From assembly GCF_016127575.1 (NCBI RefSeq), contig NZ_CP066018.1, positions 3,000,001-3,032,000 of the forward strand: a DNA stretch of 32,000 bases. Direction: 5' to 3'. The translations under genes and the position numbers were made by a program. The notes below the pieces were generated by a model. It did no database searches and was not told the origin of the DNA. It saw only the letters and a list, made by a program, of their open reading frames with translations. Every line of letters starts with the position of its first letter. Within the stretch, counting starts at the first letter, position 1. Shown here one piece after another: positions 26,999 through 32,000 of the stretch. Origin of the DNA: Cupriavidus necator (GTDB lineage Bacteria > Pseudomonadota > Gammaproteobacteria > Burkholderiales > Burkholderiaceae).

Positions 26999-27898
26999 AT
27001 GAACGATATCTTCCGCTCGTTTGGCCGCGCGCTGGTCAGCCAGCTGCATCCCCGCATGCTGATGCTGACCGTGCTGCCTTTCGTCCTGGCCACGCTGCTG
27101 TGGGGCGGTCTGCTCTGGTGGGGCTGGGACCCCATCATGGGCGCCACGCGCAGCTTCCTGGAGACCTCCATCCTGACCAGCTGGATCTACAGCGCGCTCG
27201 ACTGGTTCGGCCTGCAATCGATGCGCACCATCGTGGCGCCGCTGTTCGTGGCGGCACTGGCAATCCCGCTGGTGATTGCCTCGATGCTGATGTTTATCGG
27301 CGTGTTCTCGGTGCCGGCGGTGGTGCGCCACCTGGAGCGCAGCTACCCGGACCTGGCCAAGGCCCATGGCGGCAGCATCCTGGGCAGCGTGTTCCAGTCG
27401 CTGGGCAGCACGCTGGTGTTCCTGGTGCTGGTGCTGGTGACGCTGCCGCTGTGGCTGATCCCGCCGTTCTTTGCGCTGATCCCGCCGGTGCTGTGGGGCT
27501 GGCTGACCTACCGCGTGATGACGTATGACGCGCTCGCCGACCACGCCAGCGCCGAAGAGCGCAAGACGCTGGTGCGCCGCCACCGCACGCCGCTGCTGGT
27601 GATCGGGGTGGCGGTGGGGCTGCTGGGCTCGGCGCCGACGCTGCTGTGGGTGTCGTCGGCGGCGGTGATCTTCCTGTTTCCGTTCGTGCTGGCCGGCACG
27701 CTGTGGCTGTATGTGCTGATCTTTATCTTCTCGGCGCTGTGGTTCGGCCACTTCTGCCTGCGCGCGCTGGCGCAGCTGCGGGCCGAGCGCGCGGCGGTGC
27801 CGGCCCAGCCGCCGGCGCATCAGCCGGACCAGCCGGCGCTTGACGGCGACGTCATCGACCTGGCGCCGAGCGACGTGCGCCGCATCGAAAATTCCTGA
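26999..27898 (+). CDS. Polytopic inner-membrane protein, EI24/CysZ-like family (tentative)
   Basis: 299 aa with about 6 hydrophobic segments and a W/L-rich profile that I recall from EI24-domain proteins. Family assignment is from memory only. Confidence 0.55.
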   Translation: MNDIFRSFGRALVSQLHPRMLMLTVLPFVLATLLWGGLLWWGWDPIMGATRSFLETSILTSWIYSALDWFGLQSMRTIVAPLFVAALAIPLVIASMLMFIGVFSVPAVVRHLERSYPDLAKAHGGSILGSVFQSLGSTLVFLVLVLVTLPLWLIPPFFALIPPVLWGWLTYRVMTYDALADHASAEERKTLVRRHRTPLLVIGVAVGLLGSAPTLLWVSSAAVIFLFPFVLAGTLWLYVLIFIFSALWFGHFCLRALAQLRAERAAVPAQPPAHQPDQPALDGDVIDLAPSDVRRIENS

Positions 27899-27910
27899 AG
27901 CGAGGGCAAT

Positions 27911-28735
27911 ATGGGTTTTGGCCTGATCGTCATTGGCGACGAGATCCTGTCGGGGCGGCGTGAAGACAAGCATCTGCGCCGCACCATCGAACTGCTGGGC
28001 GCGCGCGGGCTGGCGCTGGACTGGGCCGAATACGTCGGCGATGACCGAGCCCGCATCACCGCCACGCTGCGGCGCACGCTGGCCGGCCCGGACGTGGTGT
28101 TCTGCACCGGCGGCATCGGCGCCACGCCGGACGATCACACCCGCCAGTGCGTGGCCGCCGCGCTGGGCGTGCCGCTGGTGCTGCATCCCGAGGCGCGCGA
28201 ACTGATTGCGCTGCGCATTGCCGAGACCGCGGGCGGCGACCCGGTCAAGGCCGACCTGAATCAGCCGGAAAACCAGCACCGCTTCAAAATGGGCGAGTTC
28301 CCCAAGGGCGCGCGCATCATTCCCAACAGCTACAACCGCATCCCGGGCTTTTCGGTCGGTCACCACCACTTCATGCCGGGATTCCCGGTGATGGCATGGC
28401 CGATGATGGAATGGGTGCTGGACCACGACTATGCGCACCTGTTCCACCAGGTGCAGCAGCAGGAGCGGGCCTTCTACGTGTTCGAGGCGCCGGAGTCCAC
28501 GCTGACGCCGCTGATGGAGAAGGTCGAAGCGGCGCATCCGGGCATCCGCGTGTTCAGCCTGCCCTCGGTCGGCGACGTGCAGCGCGGCGACCGCTTCGCG
28601 CGCCGCCATATCGACCTGGGGGTCAAGGGCCCGGCCGATCTGCTGGCACCGGCCTATGCGATGCTGCTCGCAGGCGTGCAGGCGATGGGGTTCGAGATCG
28701 TGGAGCAGCCGCCGCGCGAAGCGGCGCAGGCTTAA
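27911..28735 (+). CDS. CinA-like / MoCF-biosynthesis (molybdopterin-binding) domain protein
   Basis: GLIVIGDEILSGRREDKH ... FCTGGIGATPDDHTRQ is the MoaB/MogA/CinA N-terminal fold signature. GAGGG precedes the ATG. 12-nt gap after the previous gene. Confidence 0.75.
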   Translation: MGFGLIVIGDEILSGRREDKHLRRTIELLGARGLALDWAEYVGDDRARITATLRRTLAGPDVVFCTGGIGATPDDHTRQCVAAALGVPLVLHPEARELIALRIAETAGGDPVKADLNQPENQHRFKMGEFPKGARIIPNSYNRIPGFSVGHHHFMPGFPVMAWPMMEWVLDHDYAHLFHQVQQQERAFYVFEAPESTLTPLMEKVEAAHPGIRVFSLPSVGDVQRGDRFARRHIDLGVKGPADLLAPAYAMLLAGVQAMGFEIVEQPPREAAQA

Positions 28736-28756
28736 GGCGGCACGGGTCGCAAGAAG

Positions 28757-28780
28757 AAGGGGCAGCCTTGGCTGCCCCTT
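28757..28780. terminator. Hairpin between convergent CinA-like and rhodanese genes
   Basis: AAGGGGCAGC, loop CTTG, GCTGCCCCTT. Perfect 10-bp stem with only weak flanking T/A runs. Confidence 0.55.
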
Positions 28781-28803
28781 CTCTCATTCTGGCCCGACCG
28801 CGA

Positions 28804-29268
28804 TCAGGCGCCGTGCCACGGCAGTCCGCGCACGCACCAGCCTTCAACAGTCTTGCGGTGGTGGTGGTCGTCGCGGTTGCCCTCGAAGCCTTCCAGCACG
28901 TCCATGGCGAAGTGGTAGCCGGCTTCGGTGGCCACGCGCGCGGCGTGCTTGGAGCGCGCCGCGCTGCGGCACAGGAACAGCACCGGCACGTCGGCCGGAA
29001 CGCGTGCCCTCAGCTCTTCGACAAAGCGGGCATTCTGCGCACCGCCCGGATAGGACATCCATTCGACATGGGCGAACTGCGCATCCGGCACGTCAACGCC
29101 GCCGACCCAGTCCAGTTCGGCCTGGGTGCGCACGTCGACCAGCACGGCGGAAGGATCGTTCTGCAGCAGCGCAAAGGCTTCCTGCGGCGACAGCGCGCCA
29201 AAATACGGGAGCTGGTTCTGTTGCTGGCGCTGGCGGGCGGCCTGGAGGAGATCGTCTCGGGTGGTCAT
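28804..29268 (-). CDS. Single-domain rhodanese-like sulfurtransferase
   Basis: LVDVRT..E and the active-site loop LFLCRSAARS. Start at ATG 29268 (MTTRDDLL). The 13 upstream codons in the track ORF are doubtful. Confidence 0.8.
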   Translation of the reverse strand: MTTRDDLLQAARQRQQQNQLPYFGALSPQEAFALLQNDPSAVLVDVRTQAELDWVGGVDVPDAQFAHVEWMSYPGGAQNARFVEELRARVPADVPVLFLCRSAARSKHAARVATEAGYHFAMDVLEGFEGNRDDHHHRKTVEGWCVRGLPWHGA

Positions 29269-29395
29269 CTGCGTGACAAATTTGAGGAATGGAATTGGAG
29301 GCGGCAAAGCCGCAACGCACTATTCTATAGCGCCGGGCCGATTCGAAGCCTCATTGACTGCTGTTGGGGCGTCGGGTGACTCCTTTTGGTGCATC

Positions 29396-29412
29396 CGCAC
29401 TGTTCAAGTGCG
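29396..29412. promoter_or_regulatory. NtrC-type enhancer site (GCAC-N7-GTGC core)
   Basis: cGCACtgttcaaGTGCg compared with the consensus TGCACCAnnnTGGTGCA. The core is conserved, the flanks are not. Confidence 0.4.
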
Positions 29413-29425
29413 ACGCCTTGCTGAA

Positions 29426-29442
29426 TGCACCATTGTGGTGTT
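29426..29442. promoter_or_regulatory. NtrC-type enhancer site (TGCACCATTGTGGTGTT)
   Basis: Matches TGCACCAnnnTGGTGCA at 12 of the 14 specified positions. Centred 30 bp from the previous site. Confidence 0.55.
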
Positions 29443-29584
29443 TTATTAGGGGGCGCTACGCCGAAATGCGTGTAACCGGTGCGCCACTCGGCAGCCGAGC
29501 CGCTGCTTCGCTTACGCCGCCGCGGTGCGCGGTTCGCCGACGTTGCACTTTTTTCGGGCTGCCGGTGGCGGTGGGGCGTTCGCA

Positions 29585-29600
29585 TGGCACGCTTTCTGCT
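29585..29600 (+). promoter_or_regulatory. Sigma-54 (-24/-12) promoter of glnA: TGGCAC-GCTTT-CTGCT
   Basis: GG and GC dinucleotides have the canonical 10-nt spacing. About 120 nt upstream of the glnA ATG. Confidence 0.65.
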
Positions 29601-29720
29601 AACATTCTTCGTCCTTTCGTGGCTGGTCGGGACGGCGCGGCAGAGCATGCATCGGCGCCGGTGACGACAGGCCCAAGAATTGGCTTTCTCAGACTTCCGC
29701 CGAATATCCAGGAGATTGGC

Positions 29721-31136
29721 ATGGCCCACAGCGTTGCAGACGTGATGAAGCTGGTGAAGGAAAACGACGTCAAGTTCGTCGATTTCCGTTTCACCGATAC
29801 CAAAGGCAAGGAGCAACACGTGTCCGTGCCCGTGTCGCACTTCGATGAAGACAAGTTCGAAAGCGGCCACGCCTTCGACGGTTCGTCGATCGCCGGCTGG
29901 AAGGGTATCGAAGCTTCAGACATGCTGCTGATGCCGGATTCGAACACCGCCCACATCGACCCGTTCTACGAAGAGCCGACGCTGGTGCTGTCCTGCGACG
30001 TGGTCGAGCCGTCGGACGGCAAGGGCTATGACCGCGACCCGCGTTCCATCGCCAAGCGCGCCGAAGCCTACCTGAAGAGCACCGGCCTGGGCGACACCGC
30101 TTTCTTTGGTCCGGAGCCCGAGTTCTTCATCTTCGACGGCGTGACCTGGAACGTCGACATGCAAGGCTGCTTCGTGAAGATCCATTCCGAAGAAGCCCCG
30201 TGGTCGTCGGCCAAGGAATTCGAGCACGGCAACAGCGGCCACCGTCCGGGCAAGAAGGGCGGCTACTTCCCGGTCGCCCCGATCGACACCTTCCAGGACA
30301 TGCGTTCGGAAATGTGCCTGATCCTGGAATCGCTGGGCATCCCCGTTGAAGTCCACCACCACGAAGTGGCTGGCCAGGGCCAGAACGAAATCGGCACCCG
30401 CTTCAGCACGCTGGTGCAGCGCGCCGACTGGACCCAGATGCAGAAGTACGTGATCCAGAACGTCGCCCACACCTACGGCAAGACCGCCACCTTCATGCCG
30501 AAGCCGATCGTTGGCGACAACGGTTCGGGCATGCACGTGCACCAGTCCGTGTGGAAGGACGGCCAGAACCTGTTCGCGGGCAACGGCTACGCCGGCCTGT
30601 CGGAATTCGCGCTGTACTACATCGGCGGCATCATCAAGCACGCCCGTGCCCTGAATGCCATCACCAACCCGGGCACGAACTCGTACAAGCGCCTGGTGCC
30701 GGGCTTCGAAGCTCCGGTGAAGCTGGCCTACTCGGCCCGCAACCGCTCGGCTTCGATCCGCATCCCGTATGTGGCCAACCCGAAGGGCCGCCGCATCGAG
30801 ACCCGCTTCCCGGATCCGCTGATGAACCCGTACCTGGGCTTCTCGGCGCTGCTGATGGCCGGCCTGGATGGCGTGATGAACAAGATCCACCCGGGCGAAG
30901 CTGCCGACAAGAACCTGTACGACCTGCCGCCGGAAGAGGATGCAAAGATCCCGACCGTGTGCTCGAGCCTGGACCAGGCGCTGGAGTACCTGGACAACGA
31001 CCGCGAGTTCCTGACCCGCGGCGGCGTGTTCTCGAACTCGATGATCGATGCCTACATCGAACTGAAGATGGAAGAAGTCACGCGTTTCCGCATGACCACG
31101 CACCCGGTCGAGTTCGAAATGTACTACTCGCTGTAA
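29721..31136 (+). CDS. glnA: Glutamine synthetase type I
   Basis: [34 protein letters not shown], plus the conserved GSGMHVHQS and [17 protein letters not shown] segments, the latter carrying the adenylylation-site Tyr context. GGAGA lies 6 nt before ATG 29721. The 119 upstream codons in the track ORF are rejected. Confidence 0.97.
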   Translation: MAHSVADVMKLVKENDVKFVDFRFTDTKGKEQHVSVPVSHFDEDKFESGHAFDGSSIAGWKGIEASDMLLMPDSNTAHIDPFYEEPTLVLSCDVVEPSDGKGYDRDPRSIAKRAEAYLKSTGLGDTAFFGPEPEFFIFDGVTWNVDMQGCFVKIHSEEAPWSSAKEFEHGNSGHRPGKKGGYFPVAPIDTFQDMRSEMCLILESLGIPVEVHHHEVAGQGQNEIGTRFSTLVQRADWTQMQKYVIQNVAHTYGKTATFMPKPIVGDNGSGMHVHQSVWKDGQNLFAGNGYAGLSEFALYYIGGIIKHARALNAITNPGTNSYKRLVPGFEAPVKLAYSARNRSASIRIPYVANPKGRRIETRFPDPLMNPYLGFSALLMAGLDGVMNKIHPGEAADKNLYDLPPEEDAKIPTVCSSLDQALEYLDNDREFLTRGGVFSNSMIDAYIELKMEEVTRFRMTTHPVEFEMYYSL

Positions 31137-31189
31137 GCGGCCTTTGCCCGGGAATGACGCAGGTTGTGGCCGGGCAACAGTTGCACCAG

Positions 31190-31217
31190 AAAGGGGCGGC
31201 TTCGGCTGTCCCTTTTT
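31190..31217 (+). terminator. Intrinsic terminator after glnA
   Basis: AAAGGGGCGGC, loop TTCG, GCTGTCCCTTT (two G-U pairs), running into TTTTT. Confidence 0.75.
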
Positions 31218-31270
31218 GCTTTGCTCGCTAGAATGGGGAATCGTGTTCCATCCCGTTCAAGCCTAACGCC

Positions 31271-31852
31271 ATGTTCATGGACGCCTCTTCACGCACGGCC
31301 CGCCGGACCCTGACCTTGCCCCGATCTCTGCACCAATTTCGTCTCGGATTCCCTGTTCTGGTGAGTGCTGTGGCGCTGACGCTGGGCGCGTGGGCCGGGC
31401 AGTCTTCCGCGCAGTCCTCGGACGTCTATGTCTGCACCGGGCCCAATGGCGTGCCCGAGTATCGCAATGGCAACGCGGGCAAGGGCTGCAAGAAGCTGAA
31501 CCTGCCGGAGGTGGTGACGGTCCCGGGCGGGCGTACCGCTGCGCCGGCCAAGGGCGCTGGCAGCACCGCCGGCGCGGCGGCTGGCGGCACCAGCTTCCCG
31601 CGCGTGGACAGTGCCACGCAGAAGAGCCGCGACGGTGAGCGCCGCGCGGTGCTCTCGCAGGAGCTGCAGGCCGAAGAGGCCAAGCTGCAGGCGCTGCGTG
31701 CCGAGTACAACAACGGCCAGCCGGAGCGCCAGGGCAATGAGCGCAACTATCAGAAATACCTCGATCGCACGGCAGCGCTGCGCGACGACATCGCCCGCAG
31801 CGAGGCCAATGCGGCGTCGCTGCGGCGCGAGCTTGGCAATTTGAAGGACTAG
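31271..31852 (+). CDS. DUF4124-like exported protein with C-terminal coiled coil
   Basis: Hydrophobic N-terminal segment ending AGQSSAQS. The VYVCTGPNGVPEYRN motif resembles the DUF4124 core. The C-terminal E/A/R/L-rich heptads suggest a coiled coil. Confidence 0.65.
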   Translation: MFMDASSRTARRTLTLPRSLHQFRLGFPVLVSAVALTLGAWAGQSSAQSSDVYVCTGPNGVPEYRNGNAGKGCKKLNLPEVVTVPGGRTAAPAKGAGSTAGAAAGGTSFPRVDSATQKSRDGERRAVLSQELQAEEAKLQALRAEYNNGQPERQGNERNYQKYLDRTAALRDDIARSEANAASLRRELGNLKD

Positions 31853-31856
31853 TCTT

Positions 31857-32000
31857 ATGCGTCGCCTGATTCGCGGAGTGTCGCGCAAGGCCAGCGGTGC
31901 CGACGGCGCCCGTGGCGAATCGCCGGCGGCTGATGCGGCGCCGGCCGAAGGCAGCGCCCAGGTGCTGACCATGGGCGCCGTGGCGTTCCATGCCGGCCTG
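31857..32000 (+). CDS. 5' end of a CDS running off the window; probably nitrogen-regulation sensor kinase NtrB/GlnL, by synteny only
   Basis: ATG 31857 lies 4 nt after the previous stop. The frame is open for 48 codons to the window edge with high third-position GC. No diagnostic domain is visible yet. Confidence 0.35.
   Translation, partial: MRRLIRGVSRKASGADGARGESPAADAAPAEGSAQVLTMGAVAFHAGL

Noticed and set aside
29364-29720. 119-codon N-terminal extension of the glnA ORF, and the overlapping - strand ORFs 29325-29870 and 29456-29956.
   Set aside because: The region contains the sigma-54 promoter and NtrC-like sites. It lacks the codon bias of glnA, and the canonical GlnA N-terminus begins at ATG 29721 behind a GGAGA SD.

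Overview
High-GC (roughly two-thirds G+C) core-chromosome segment of a betaproteobacterium. Protein sequences and gene order look Burkholderiaceae, Cupriavidus/Ralstonia-like; this is inference, no search was run. I call 28 protein genes, two of them truncated by the window edges. In order: bamB(partial)-der-hfq-hflX-hflK-hflC-hisZ-purA-phosphoribosyltransferase on the + strand; an Rrf2 regulator, an NAD(P)H-binding oxidoreductase and tRNA-Leu(CAG) on the - strand; rnr-rlmB-cobB; convergent tal, then divergent rpiA; yggX and argA on the - strand, with argA divergent from hrpA; a three-gene envelope-type operon (secreted beta-propeller, polysaccharide deacetylase, membrane fatty-acid-hydroxylase-family protein); an EI24-like membrane protein plus a CinA-like protein; a rhodanese divergent from glnA; then a DUF4124-like gene and the start of a probable ntrB. 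I also call several intrinsic terminators, a sigma-54 glnA promoter with NtrC-type sites, and a consensus sigma-70 promoter for the tRNA. I see no transposase, integrase, phage, CRISPR, toxin-antitoxin or recognisable defence genes. I do not see convincing evidence for a wholly new system; most of the window is ordinary housekeeping DNA. The best leads are: (1) a duplicated 25-bp operator-like palindrome framing the Rrf2/oxidoreductase pair; (2) about 250 bp of unassigned DNA next to the tRNA, with a strong Shine-Dalgarno sequence, a 49-codon ORF and a two-way terminator; (3) a 23-bp argA/hrpA divergent spacer built around a perfect GGATTATAATCC palindrome, which implies leaderless mRNAs in both directions; (4) the uncharacterised propeller/deacetylase/hydroxylase operon; (5) a sirtuin gene 4 nt downstream of rnr-rlmB. 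The very long antisense ORFs in the track are high-GC artefacts.
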